A stretch of DNA of 64,000 nt from Tubiluchus corallicola (taxonomy: Eukaryota > Animalia > Priapulida), in the NCBI GenBank assembly GCA_030141605.1, contig JAQGDQ010000457.1, positions 1 to 64,000 on the forward strand, read 5' to 3'. The notes under the pieces were generated by a model. The model was not told the DNA's origin and ran no database searches. It was given only the letters and a program-made list of their open reading frames with translations. The translations under genes and the position numbers were made by a program. Positions within the stretch are counted from its first letter, which is position 1, and every line of letters starts with the position of its first letter. Below, one piece after another: positions 1-12,550 of the stretch.

Positions 1-725
1 TAATCTATTGTTTAATTATCAGAAACGCTTTTGAGTATTAATTGTGTTAAAATTTACACTCTTTATCGGACTTGAAAGTGGGGTAGTATGTGAAAAATCA
101 TCCCGTCTTCCTTTAAAAATATTTCACTGTAACTAAAATCGTGTGAATTGGATCCTCTGCCAAACATGCAGATCATGATACTTTCTCACGTGACAGCTGC
201 TATTGTAACCAACAGACATTGTAGATTCGAGCGAACGTATCTTACTATCTGTTGTTTCATGTAATTTATAAAACAGCGTGGATCTACAAGTACTTCTTGG
301 TTCCAGAATTTGTTGACCTTTCTCACAAGTTACGTACAAAATATCTGTTTCACATTTTACCAAAGTTTGTGGTAGGAAATCGGAAAACAATTTTAGCACA
401 AACCGAATTTAACTCAGAGAACACATGTGTGAAGTGCCTTGTTTCTTCGCAATTTACTATCGGTAAAAGATTGCGAGCTCTCAGGCAGTTGCTACGAGTT
501 GAGTTACTGTCTAGTGTGAACATAGAAGAGTTACTCTGCTTGTAGTGAATATAGAAGGTGTGTCCAGTTTCCCACAGAGTGTTAAAAAGTAACTCAAAGT
601 AAAAGATTGCAAATTCTTCGACAATTACTACCAGTTGAGTTACTGTCTAGTGTGAATGCGCATATGCGTAACTCTGCTTGTAGTGAATAGAGAAGACACT
701 CTTAAAAAGTAACCCAGAAAGGTTA
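1..725 (+). repeat. Direct repeat of 5045-5772 (right end of the Kolobok-like element plus its right flank)
   Basis: Near-identical sequence at offset 5044; ORFs 133-399 and 5177-5443 translate almost identically. The element end CTTCCT-TTAA is at 107-116. Confidence 0.9.
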
Positions 726-905
726 ACAAATTCTGGAACCAAGAAGTACTTGTAGATCACGCTGTTTATAAATTACATGAAACAACAGATAGTAAGACGT
801 TCAGCGAATCTGTCTGTTGGTTACAATAGCTTAGCTGTCACGTGGTATTATCATGATCTGCAGCGAGAGGATCCAATTCTGATTTTAGTTACAGTGAAAT
901 ATTTT
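721..905 (-). repeat. Inverted, indel-rich copy of the flank 117-318 / 5161-5362
   Basis: Reverse complement of ...GGTTCCAGAATTTGTTGACC... with many 1-4 nt deletions. The junction shares the microhomology AGAAAGGT. Confidence 0.85.
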
Positions 906-2747
906 TTAAAGGAAGACAGGATGATTTTTCATATGCTACCCGATTTTTAAGTACGATGAAAAGCATACATTTTAACACAGTTAATGGTGCAAATATGTTT
1001 CTGATAATTAAACAATAGATTAAAAACTTAATTAACGGTGCGCGAGCAAACTATTGATGACATCATAAATGAACATAATTTTCAATAACAAAAATATTCC
1101 GCAAGCGTGTTGTACGTGTTTGTGAAAGCGAAAATTGAAATACCATTTTCTTTAGCAAGGACGATAAGTGTGTTACACTAAAACTAGGCAAGTTTTAAGA
1201 CAAATATTCAAATTTCAAATAGAGCTGTCGAATGTATGTAGTTCGTCACAAACGAACACATCTGAACTGAGAGGTACAGCAAATGCTCGCCTACATGTCA
1301 CATGTATTTCCAAATGCGAAAATTGAAGTACAGTGCTACTGTAAGATATTCAGTGTGTTGTATTAGAACTGGGAAAGTTTTAAGATGAAAATTCAAATTT
1401 CAAATTTACCATTGTGCTCACGCATGAGTTGTCGAACGTGTGTAGTTCGTCACAAACTAACACATCTAAACTGAGAGATACAGCACCTGTTTTGTGTGAA
1501 TGAGTTTCTGAAATTCAGGTGCTGGTGCCCGTCTTGGAATGAGAAGTGCATTTAACAGTGAAGAACTAGTGACGCGAACGTGAAATTGTGTTTCTGTGGA
1601 AATAATTCTTTCACATAAATCATTTTTGAGAAAACTAGTAGGTTTCCTTTCAATATTTTAAAGAGTGGATTGTTTTAACGTACATTTTAGATTGGGTCCG
1701 GTTTTTCCTTGGTTATAAATTTTGCATAAGAAAACTCACCCTGCAATTATCAAATGAAAACGACAATTAAGCAGCATGCTGCGCCATCTGGCAACGAAAA
1801 TAACACGAAAACAATATACACTTTACCTTTAACTACCCTCACCTGTATGCGTTGGTATATCCCTACCGCTTCTGCACCGCTACTGCTGCAGCGATATCGT
1901 TCGCAGTAATACGACCTTTATACAAACAATATTTCTGTGTTTTGAAAAAAGACACCTTTCACAGAAAACTGTTTCCTAAAATTTCTCGCTTGCACTCGAG
2001 TAAGAAACAAAACAAAAGGTGACGAGAATAGATACAATTTTATAGTTAACATTTGACCTTTTAACGATTGTCATCAATCTGTGGAATTGTGAAAAGGTTT
2101 ATTGACGAGTTTACATCTTTGTGACAGCAAGGTACGTTTACTGCGGGATAATTGTACAGCCAGTTACTGACGTATTTTGAGGTGAAATGGCAACAATAGT
2201 ATTCACACTGTACACGTGAAATGGCCATAATATGATTCACACAGTAAGTGTGAAATTCCAACATCAGGTATGATTTTTATATTAATAAACCTCAGAGGAG
2301 AAACCTAGGATACGTTACCCTTGTAATTTATATTTTGATGATTGCTGTTAAGATAGGGTTATGCGATTGTCCATTTTTAAAGTAAACCTCGACAAGTATT
2401 TCTTTAATTGATTGTGTCTCACTACTTTGAATGTTTAATCATTTTTATTTAGTCATTCGTACTTCTTATTTCAAAAGTTCACAAACCAACAATAAAAATA
2501 AGACAAGATTTGACTAAAATATGGCCACAAAAATAAACAATTATTTCATCCTGTTCATTCATTATACATACTTCACAAGCTATAGTTTGGTTCTCACATT
2601 ACAAATTTCACAAGTATAAGGTGTTAGTTTAACTATCATAAATGTTTATTTACATATTACCAATTACACGAATAGCATAATTATCACAAGTAGCTCAATG
2701 CACTAAAGCACAATAATCACCTTAAAAAGGCATAATATTGATTCAAT

Positions 2748-3308
2748 CGTCTACGGCCATATCACGTTGAAAACACCGGTTCTCGTCTGATCAGCGAAGT
2801 TAAGCAACGTAGAGCCTGGTTAGTGCTTGGATGGGTGACCGCCTAGGAATACCAGGTGCTGTAGGCTTGCGGGATGTCCACACTGTATCTCGACACTAGG
2901 CGGAGGAGCTGCAGAAGCAGCCAACGGCTAGAGGGCCGAGGAGGTCAAGTGACCCAACGGCCATGTGTAGAGGAGTAAACCTTTCAAATCAGGAGTGGAG
3001 CCCCGAAGGCGGACCAATGGGGCATGCTCACTGACTCCGGCAGCTCCTGCAGCCAACCTGGTGCCAAATGTATCGCTCTGCTTTCCTTTGTACTACACCA
3101 GGGAGGAAGAGAGGGGGTTCCTGTTGTCTGGGCAACTCAGGGTCTCCATACACCTTGGCCATGCGTGCGCCCTGGAGATGCCACTCCATTGGTTCAAGGA
3201 TCGGATTGCTCAGCCACAGTCGACCCTGCAGCTCCAACAATGTGATCAATAACTGACTCTCTTGGCGCACACTCCATTGTTTTCCGATACAGAAGGATGA
3301 CAACAACC
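2748..3308 (+). mobile_element. 5S rRNA-headed SINE (SINE3) with RTE-derived tail, longest copy
   Basis: Full 5S head at 2749-2868, then a ~440-nt body containing the RTE ORF2 C-terminal motif SRIGLLSHSRPC and ending GAAGGATGACAACAAC. Target site duplication (TSD) ATTGATTCAAT at 2737-2747 and 3309-3319. Confidence 0.9.
2749..2868 (+). pseudogene. 5S rRNA-derived head of the SINE (internal Pol III promoter), not a standalone 5S gene
   Basis: GTCTACGGCCATATCACGTTGAAAACACCGG...AGTTAAGC...GGATGGGTGACCGCC...GTAGGCTT (120 nt). No oligo-T terminator follows; the sequence runs into the SINE body. Confidence 0.88.
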
Positions 3309-6000
3309 ATTGATTCAATTCAGGTGAACCATAATGTTAACTATAATTTAGCACTATAGGCCTATACGGAGGAACTTGCTCTATTAGCCAGTGAAAGCTA
3401 AGAGAGTCGTCCTCGTCGCTCATGTCGAGCGGCCTTATATAAACTTTTCCTTCAGAAAATTAATCTGAACGGGGGGCTTGCATGCTGGTATGGTCTGAAA
3501 CTACCTACAGACCTATTCTAAGTGCAAATCTAAGTTTAGCATTCAAGGCCATATTATAAGACTGTCGTTAAAGGAAAATTCATTAATCACAAAAAATGCT
3601 AGAGAAATTTAGGAACGATTTTATAGACTAACACACAAAACTAAATTTAACTTCGGGAAATATATTTAGAGTCTATATATTTAGAGTCTATATATATATA
3701 TATATATATGCAAATCTCCTGACAGTAGCATTCACGATGTAACTGTGAAACGGAAACGGAAACGATAACCTGTGATGGATCAACAAATTCTCACACTAAA
3801 CAGCACTTATAGATAAACACAATGTCTTGTAAATTACTTGGGACAACAGACGGTAAGATAAGTTTGTTTGAAACAACAAGGTCCATTGCTAACGTAGCAG
3901 CTGTCGGTCAAAGTTTAGGTTGAGATGGAATGTTGTATTGTTGCTGTAGTTGCTGTTGGTCAAAGTTTAGGTTGAGATGCAAAGTTGTATTGTTCTTGTG
4001 CACCTGTAGTTTGTAATGTTGTCTATAAATTGTATCTATTCGTCACCTTTTGTTTTGTTTCTACTGAGTGCAAGCGAGAAATTTTAGGAAACAGTTTTCA
4101 GAAAGGTGTCTTTTTTCAAAACACAGAAATATTGTTTGTATAAAGGCTCGTATTACTGCGAACGATATCGCTGCGGCAGTAGCGGCAGAAGCGGTAGGGA
4201 TATACCAACGCATACAGGTGAGGGTAGTTAAAGGTAGTGTATATTGTTTTCGTGTTATTTTCGTTGCCAGATGGCAGCATGCTGCTTAATTGTCGTTTTC
4301 ATTTGATAATTGCAGGGTGAGTTTTCTTATGCAAAATTTATAAACGTTAGAGAAAAACTGGACCTAATCTTAAAATGTAGGTGAAAACAATCTACTCTTT
4401 AAAATATTGTAAGGAAACGTACTGTTTTTCTAAAAAAGTAACTTACGTGAAAAATTATTACCACACAAACACAACTTGGCATTCATGCCACCAGTTCTTC
4501 ACTTTTACATGCATTTCGTGTCATTCGCTAGTTAGATGGGCACTAGCGCCTGCATTTCAGAAATTCATTGCACAGAAAACAGGTGCTGTACCTCTCAGTT
4601 TAGATGTCTTAGTTTCTGACAAACTATACACGTTCGATAGCTTATGCGTGAGCACAGCGGCAAATTTGAAATTTGAATTTTTATCTTGAAACTTTCCCAG
4701 TTTTTGTACAACACACTGAATATCTTACAGTAGCACTGTACTTCAATTTTCGCATTTGGAAATACATGTGACATGTAGGCGAGCATTTGCTGTACCTCTC
4801 AGTTCAGATGTGTTCGTTTGTGACGAACTACATACATTCGACAGCTCTATTTGAAATTTGAATATTTGTCTTAAAACTTGCCTAGTTTTAGTGTAACACA
4901 CTGAATGTCCTACAGTAGCACTATACTTCAATTTTCGCTTTTGGAAACACGTGCAACACGCTCGTGGCATATTTTTCTTGTTGAAAATTATGTTCGTTTG
5001 TGATGTCATCAATACTTGGACTCGCCCGCCATTAACTAAGTTCTTAATCTATTGTTTAATTATCAGAAACGCTTTTGAGTATTAATTGTGTTAAAATTTA
5101 CACTCTTTATCGGACTTGAAAGTGGGGTAGTATGTGAAAAATCATCCCGTCTTCCTTTAAAAATATTTCACTGTAACTAAAATCGTGTGAATTGGATCCT
5201 CTGCCAAACATGCAGATCATGATACTTACTCACGTGACAGCTGCTATTGTAACCAACAGACATTGTAGATTCAAGCGAACGTATCTTACTATCTGTTGTT
5301 TCATGTAATTTATAAAACAGCGTGGATCTACAAGTACTTCTTGGTTCCAGAATTTGTTGACCTTTCTCACAAGTTACGTACAAAATATCTGTTTCACATT
5401 TTACCAAAGTTTGTGGTAGGAAATCGGAAAACAATTTTAGCACAAACCGAATTTAACTCAGAGAACACATGTGTGAAGTGCCTTGTTTCTTCGCAATTTA
5501 CTATCGGTAAAAGATTGCGAGCTCTCAGGCAGTTGCTACGAGTTGAGTTACTGTGTAGTGTGAACGCATAGAAGAGTTACTCTGCTTGTAGTGAATATAG
5601 AAAGGAGTGTGTCAGTTTCCACAGAGTGTTAAAAAGTAACTCAAAGTAAAAGATTGCAAATTCTTCGACAATTGCTACCAGTTGAGTTACTGTCTAGTGT
5701 GAATGCATATGCGAGTAACTCTGCTTGTAGTGAATAGAGAAGACACTCTTAAAAAGTAACCCAGAAAGGTTACAGCGCCCCCTTTCAAAAAATTTACCCG
5801 TTGGCCTACGGCTATAAGTTAAGTTACTTATGTTACTGCCCTCGCCACTTTATAACTGTGAAGTATATGTAAATACGTGTACTAAGATAGAATATACTGT
5901 ACACAATCGTATCTGTTACATAGAATCACAAAGGTTACTGTTTACAATTCGTTTATAATCTACTCCTAGATACATAGAAACGGCACACAGCTGAAAGATC

Positions 6001-7968
6001 ATGACTACTTATCAGAGTCCGTACAACGACGTGCATTTACCCAAGGATAATGAAAGTCTATACGAACTACTCGAACGCCACCTGGATCGGTACAGAGATC
6101 AAACTGCTGTGGTAAGTGTCATCAGTGAATAGTAAGTGAAATTCTCAAACGTTTTGCTCTAGGTAAATGATTCGTTCCATTTTATAACCGTTTTGCTCCT
6201 CTCAACAGTGATCTATTAGAGTCAGCAAGAGGCATAGCAAGGTCATAAGTCATAAGTCATTTATTTCACCTTACACATTTACAATGGTTACATATACAAT
6301 ATCTAGTGAAAGGGCCTACAATGGAAATAATACAAATAAGAAATACTGCACAGGAAAAGCCTCAAACACTGTTCACTTATACACGAAGGTAAATGTGTTG
6401 CGGGCAATCAAAAAGCAGGGCTTGTTAGATTGTCCCACCAAGTGATAGAAAAAAATGGAGATAATCTGAAGATTTAAAGTGAATCGTGATTTTAAAAAAA
6501 CGTTAGTGCCTAAAATGGAATGACGTAATGAATGAAGCTCATATATGGGATGATATAAAAGATAGAAAGACCATTATTTTTTAATAGTATGTAAATTTAA
6601 AATAGGGGGGGGGGTCGCCCGCTGGGTGCAAGTGTAATCTTCTTCTAAAGTTCGGGGACTGTACTAATTACTAAGGATTAATTACCTAAGTATTAACTAA
6701 GTTCCAGTTTACCCCATTTTCCCTAGTATGGCTGATTAGCTTAGTTATTCTGTTGTTCATACAAGACCAGCTGCTCTTTGCTTTTAGATTGAAGGAGAAA
6801 CTGGAAAATCTTACACATATGAAGAACTGAAAACTCTAATCCAGAAAGCAGCATGTGGACTCTATGCACGTGGATTAAGACGTGGAGACATCATTGTCAT
6901 TAGTTCTCACAACTGCTTTGACCATTACCTTGTGGAATTGGGCGTTTTTGCTTTGGGAGGCACCGTGTCATTCAAGTCTCCAAAAAGCACACAACGTATG
7001 TAGTTATTTTTTTATAAAACGTCCGCTCATTTGATGTTGAAATGATTTCTAGCTTTCAAGGAAACAATTTTCTAGCAAAGAATTCCAAAGATAAGAAATC
7101 CGTTGATAAAAGAACTAGCTCTTCTGCAGGTAAGAATGTCCAGAAGCAGTCAATGGGAGACAACGCAGAAACTAATACTAGAACGCTCGAAAAGTTGTAA
7201 TAAAAAATTAGAGATCTAATTGTAGAGATATGCTGAGCTAATTGTCACGCAAAAATATTATTAAAAGTCAAATTTAGCTTACGAACAAGTTTTTTGACAA
7301 AAAGAGTTAACCATCACTAAAAATTGAATTTGACACTAATTTTATCAAATTTCATCACTTTCTTCCTAATGAAATCGAGTTTCGAAGTTGCATTTTCCCC
7401 CCCAAAACATTCTGTTCAGTTTGGCTTGTGAAAATTCGAAAAAAGGTACGCAAAACAAATGTGCTAGCAACGGTTTCCTTGGATACCGCGTTGTTTCTAT
7501 GACGATGAATTTGTAAACAATGCTACACAGTGAAATGTGATGGTCAAACACAACGCTGCCGTAACTAAGGCGCATGATTCGGTGGCGTCATCTAGCGTGC
7601 AAAACGGAAATGACACCTGCACACCCAAATTGCTCTTACATAAATCACCAGGGAAAATTTAAAAGTATCTGCAAATCTTAGTTTTAGCATTTTCTTTCTG
7701 TTTTATGTAAAGCTGAAACGTCACAAACTATGCTGTATTTGACCTTGAAAGATTATATTTTTTAAATGTTTACATGAAACAGTAGTTGTAAAGTTTAATA
7801 AAACAATGTTATGGAAAAAATTTGTTGTTTTAAATGGAATTATTAATTTTGACAGATGAAATGAAAAGTTTTTTGGAAAGCAATCGACATCTTATAAGGT
7901 TCATCTTTGTAAACGAACAAAGTTACTCGAACATCAAAGCTGTTGCCATGGAGATGGATAACGTAAAG
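6001..7968 (+). CDS. Acyl-CoA synthetase, luciferase/4-coumarate-CoA ligase-like; N-terminal three exons only
   Basis: Exons 6001-6111, 6788-6995 and 7856-7968 have GT-AG borders and compatible phases (0,1). Translation MTTYQSPYNDVHLP...IEGETGKSYTYEELKTLIQKAACGLYARGLRRGDIIVISSHN... matches the ANL/4CL-like N-terminus. No exon with the SSGTTGxPK motif was found downstream. Confidence 0.75.
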
Positions 7969-8012
7969 GTAAAAATCAAGGCTACAGAATTCAAAACTCT
8001 GTCTTACGTTTA

Positions 8013-8461
8013 TGTTGTTAGCATCCTTCTGTCTCGGAAGACAATGGAATGTGCGCCGAGAGAGTCTCCAGGGCGCACGCCTGGGCAAGGTGTATGCAGA
8101 TCCTGAGTTGCCCAGACAACAGGAACTCCCTCTCTTCCTCCCTGGTGTAGTCCAAATGAAAGCGGAGCGATACATTTGGCACCAGGTTGATTGCAGGAGC
8201 TGCCGGAGTCCGTCTTCGGGGCTCCACTCCTGATTTGGAAGGTTTACTCCTCTACACATGGCGGTTGGGTCACTTGACCTCCTCCGTCCTCTAGCCGTTG
8301 GCTGCTTGTACAGCTCCTCCGCCTAGTGTCGAGATACAGTGTGGGCATCCCGCAAACCTACAGCACCTGGTATTCACCCATCGAAGCACTAACCAGGCTC
8401 TACGTTGCTTAATTTCGGTGATCAGACAAGAACCGGTGTTTTCAGCGTGATTTGGCAGTAG
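8013..8461 (-). mobile_element. 5S-RTE SINE copy (shortest junction variant)
   Basis: Reverse complement of the 2748-3308 family. Imperfect TSD TTACGTTTATGT / TTGCGTTTATGT. Confidence 0.88.
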
Positions 8462-8499
8462 TTTGCGTTTATGTGGAATCTTCATTAAGAGAAACATAA

Positions 8500-8745
8500 A
8501 CCATATTTTATGCGTATATCGCACTCGCGTTGAAAGGAATTTCTATGTGTTTTCATTTTAAATCTCCCCGCAAACTGTTCTGACCGCGCATTACATGACG
8601 TCATATATACACAACGTAAATCAGGGGAAGAAAAGGAAATGTTAAATTATGTCCCAAAAAACTTTCCATGCAAATCTATTTTACTTAGCATTTCGCTTCC
8701 CTGTTGGGAAAACTTATGTAACTAAGTTTAAAATGTTCGTGCAAA
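8500..8745 (+). repeat. Dispersed repeat, second copy at ~16520-16770
   Basis: Shared TTTTCATTTTAAATCTCCC...CATTACATGACGTCA...GAAATGTTAAATTATG...GCAAATCTAT blocks. Confidence 0.7.
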
Positions 8746-8765
8746 TAGATAAACAACATACACAA

Positions 8766-8766
<1 letters not shown>

Positions 8767-8838
<72 letters not shown>
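8767..8838. repeat. (CATATA)n microsatellite
   Basis: Direct reading. Confidence 0.95.
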
Positions 8839-8840
<2 letters not shown>

Positions 8841-9507
8841 AATATATATATAACATTCGAGGCTATAGCTTCGACGGCGGGCACCATCACCATTAGGGGC
8901 GATCTACATGTCAAACAAAAGGTCTCATTTGTCCGTCGTCAGCTCCGCCTTATGGACAAAATGGACAATGGACAATGCAAAGGGACAAAACCAGAACAAT
9001 CTAGAAACTACTATACGCATCGCGTATAGAAAGTTCTCGAATCTACGATTGCTTCTACAAGATAAAAAGATTGTCTTCTATTCTATAGAACATTCTACAA
9101 TTTTCTGTTCAATTCTAATGGATCTCCACATTTAAAGTGTGGCTAACAGTAAGCCAGATTAATATGTGGTCTAACCTGTATTCTGAACCGGAGAAACATG
9201 TGCCTCTAGATAGATAGATATTTTATTTCTGAAAATCACATTTCCAACACAAAAATTACAAATTACACCCGATGGTTTTATCAGCGGGCAGAGCTCAGGT
9301 AATGATTTCCAGATCATACTAACAATTTTACTCAACATAGCTGCACAGGTATACATACAGATATACAAATTTAGTTGTAAGCTCCATAAAGCGAAAAATA
9401 AAACTATTTACTAAGCATTTGTACACATGTATTAAACAAATATTTTACCTATATGATGATCTCCGTGATGCGGTTATATATCCGCTAACAAAGCTATACT
9501 ATTTAAT

Positions 9508-12500
9508 TCACAAATCTTGCATACAGTCGTAAATGAAACTACCTATTGACATTAATTCTCCATCAAATAAATTTGCAATATTACTATAATTTAATGCGTA
9601 CAGTGATCTATAAAGTGCATTTTCATGGCACTCGCACAAAAAATGCTCTTCTGTCTGAATTTCTCCACAAAGACACAGCCTGCGCTCACGAGGTACATTT
9701 GCCCAACGACCTGTTTCTATAGCTAGATTGTGTGATGAGACCCTTATTCTTGTGATGAGTATACGTTTGTGCTCAGGTAACTCTGTCTTCCCATACATTG
9801 GATACACGGTCAAATTGGGATTTATTTCCAAATAAGTCTTGCATTTTGTACGATTAGAAACTCGGACATGAGTCTTTCGTCTCTCTACATCTATCTGTAC
9901 GTGATCCGCTGTAGACATAACATTGTCTGAATATTTGTATCCCTTTGTTCGCGTATCTTTACATAAATTCCATACCAGCATAAACGGGTCATCCGTCATA
10001 GCGTGACGCTGGCTTACCAACTTCGAGACGAACTTTTTTTGTACGTTTTTACCCTCGCTTCAAGTGAGGGCATGCCAAGTTCTAGCAAGCACACATCGTT
10101 TGTTGTAGATGTACGAACCCCCAGTAGAGCTTTAATAGTAGTGCGGTACGGAACCTCGCCAATACGGGCACTGCCACATATCCAGGCTTCGCACCCATAA
10201 AGTATGGACGAGAGCGATGCAGATTCTAGCACCTTCAGTTTTATCCAAAATGGGAAGTCAATGTTCTTGGATACAAAAGAGACAAATTTCATCACGTGTG
10301 GCTGCTTGAATTTAAAATGTTCCCTAACAGCAGCATCGGGCGATCCATCTTGAGTAAAGACAACCCCCAAATAAGTGTAATCATTGCAATTCAGCACACA
10401 CACATTGTCAACTACAAGTTCCACTCTGTCCGCTAGGGAACCGTTCACCACCATAAATTTTGTCTTCTCTACATTGATGACCATTCCTGATTCTTCACAA
10501 AATACTAAAAGCAAAGAAAGTTTCTTTATAGCCTCATTTCTAGACGTGGCAAGTAGGACAGTATCATCCATAAGCAGTAAACAATGAACCCACCCAAGAA
10601 AGTCATCTATTCCACACGCGTGTTTAATTCGCCTCACAAACGGATTTAGGTACAAGGTAAAAAGAAACCACGATGTCGGGCTTCCCTGACGAAGACCAAT
10701 AGTTACTATAATTGTAGCCGTTCCTAAAATCAACTGCGTATCTGAACATAAGGTACAAATAGCCGCTACCATGGCATATCCACATCCTAAAGCTGCCAAG
10801 GTAGTAATAATAGCACCACGAGGTACTCTGTCATACGCTTTGCTAAAGTCGACGTAGATTATGAAAAGCTTTTTCTTTTGGCACAGTGCGTAATCCATAA
10901 GTAACCGAAGGGTGAGTATGTGTTCCAAACACCCCCTCCCGCGCTGGGCACCTGCTTGTTCCCGATCAGGGCAAAACCACTTTTGAAGGCGTTGACAAAG
11001 CATGGCATCGTACAATTTGGCGAAGGTATCCATTATCGATATACCGCGATAATTGTCGCAGGACTGACGACGTCCTTTCTTGAATATCACTATTAGCCGT
11101 GAAAAAGCCCAACTGGTGGGCACAATGGCACACCGAAACATTATCGTAAATATTGCCACTAAAAAGGCAAGCCACGCTTGGGGTAATACCTTGAGCACAC
11201 CGGGTGGAACACCCGACGGCCCACCACTGCGGTCCGACTTCATAGCGGTAATAACTTCACACATTTCAGACAATGTAAAATCATCGTCAGTAACAGGCAT
11301 GCATGGCAAATTCATTGGCGGAACTAAAACTGAATTTTGCTCGTAAGGGTTAAGCAGGCGTTCGAAATGAGCCTTAAACTCTGAGTCATTTGGGCGCGTC
11401 GCCGACAACCCCTCTTCATCTAAAGTACCCCTCCATCCGATGGCCTTCCAGATAGTTTTTGGATCGTTTTCAGTAGCCAACCTACGCCATCTATCGACAG
11501 CTAGTGGTTGAGTAGCATCTCCGCTTGTGTTAGCATTAAATAACTTTGCCTGGGAAATAAAAACCCCAAAGGACTGATCGATTTCTCCAAATGTAGTATT
11601 TATATCCAGCGAGTCTGTTATAGGTGGTGGTCGGCAATTGTTAAACAACTGCTCGAGTTGGCCATGGTTTACGTCAGACCACCTTATCTGTTGGTGTAGC
11701 AACTTGTTCCCAGACGAAAATGTATATTCTCCAAGCAAACTTGCTCTTAATCTGAGATCTTCTGCATTGAAGACTTTATTATCTACCTTTTTTAGATCTA
11801 AATGAGCAATAACAGGTGCATGGTTTGAGGGCAAATCAGTATCCGTTACCAATGAAAAATTGTTTACAGCACCTATTAAGTTATTTGTTACGTAAATGTG
11901 GTCTAATTCAGATACCCAACGTTCCTTTCTACGAAATGTCATGTGGTTTGAAAATTGAAAACCGGTACCTGTCAGGCCATTTAGAACTGTAGTTTGATCA
12001 CATAAAACTCCTTCCAACAACTTAGCATTTTCATTGGGAGTGCGAGTATTATCCTCCAAGTTTGCATAATAAAATGACTCTCCATTTCCTCTCAAAAAAC
12101 TGTTTCGCAATGAAGCATACCTAGCATTATCATCTCCTAATATTATGTAATGCCCTGGCTCTTCACGTAGTTTAGCATTTACTACTGAGATTGTCTCTAG
12201 AGAAAAATAAGGCGATTCATGTGGTGGTAAATAATAAGAAATAAATGTAATAGGTATATTACGAAAGCTAAAAATTATCATATCAGTATTACCACAGTCT
12301 ACATGTGTCAAATCTGAATTTAGCCGGTTACGAACGAGTAATGCACAGCCGCCACGATGGCGATTTTTACCTGAACTAGTATATGTTTTATATCCAGGCA
12401 AATTAAAATTATGTTGAGTTTTAATTTCATTCAAACATACGATGTCACACGTTAACAATAATTGTTTAACAGACTCGTTTTCTAATTTATTACATACAGC

Positions 12501-12527
12501 ATTTATATTCCAAGTTAAAATTTTCAT
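9508..12527 (-). CDS. LINE ORF2: apurinic endonuclease + reverse transcriptase + C-terminal CxC...HxxxxC motif; one frameshift near 10046
   Basis: APE motifs TWNINA, LNE, GDxN, SNH; RT motifs NYRGISI, YVDFSKAYD, GLRQG, LLMDD, YLG. ORF 9508-10020 (HNLAIETGRW...CLCG...EEHFLCEC) joins in frame if one A is added to the homopolymer at 10046-10050. Confidence 0.9.
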
Positions 12528-12550
12528 GGAAGAACAGCTCTGCCCGCTAT

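Larger units (their letters stand above)
910..5156. mobile_element. Non-autonomous Kolobok-like (TTAA-AGG...CCT-TTAA) foldback DNA transposon with ~1.1-kb imperfect inverted arms
   Basis: TTAA at 906-909 and 5157-5160; termini AGGAAGACAGGATGATTTTTCA and TGAAAAATCATCCCGTCTTCCT. Arms 910-2045 and 4023-5156 are reverse complements. No transposase ORF. TTAA target duplication with AGG termini fits Kolobok/T2-type elements. Confidence 0.7.

Noticed and set aside
2749-2868. Functional 5S rRNA gene (also at 8350, 31110, 54040)
   Set aside because: No terminator; each copy is fused to the same body and tail and flanked by TSDs, so these are SINE heads.
2869-3180. HDV-like or hammerhead ribozyme in the SINE body
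   Set aside because: I could not fit the nested double pseudoknot or a CUGAnGA/GAAA core by eye.
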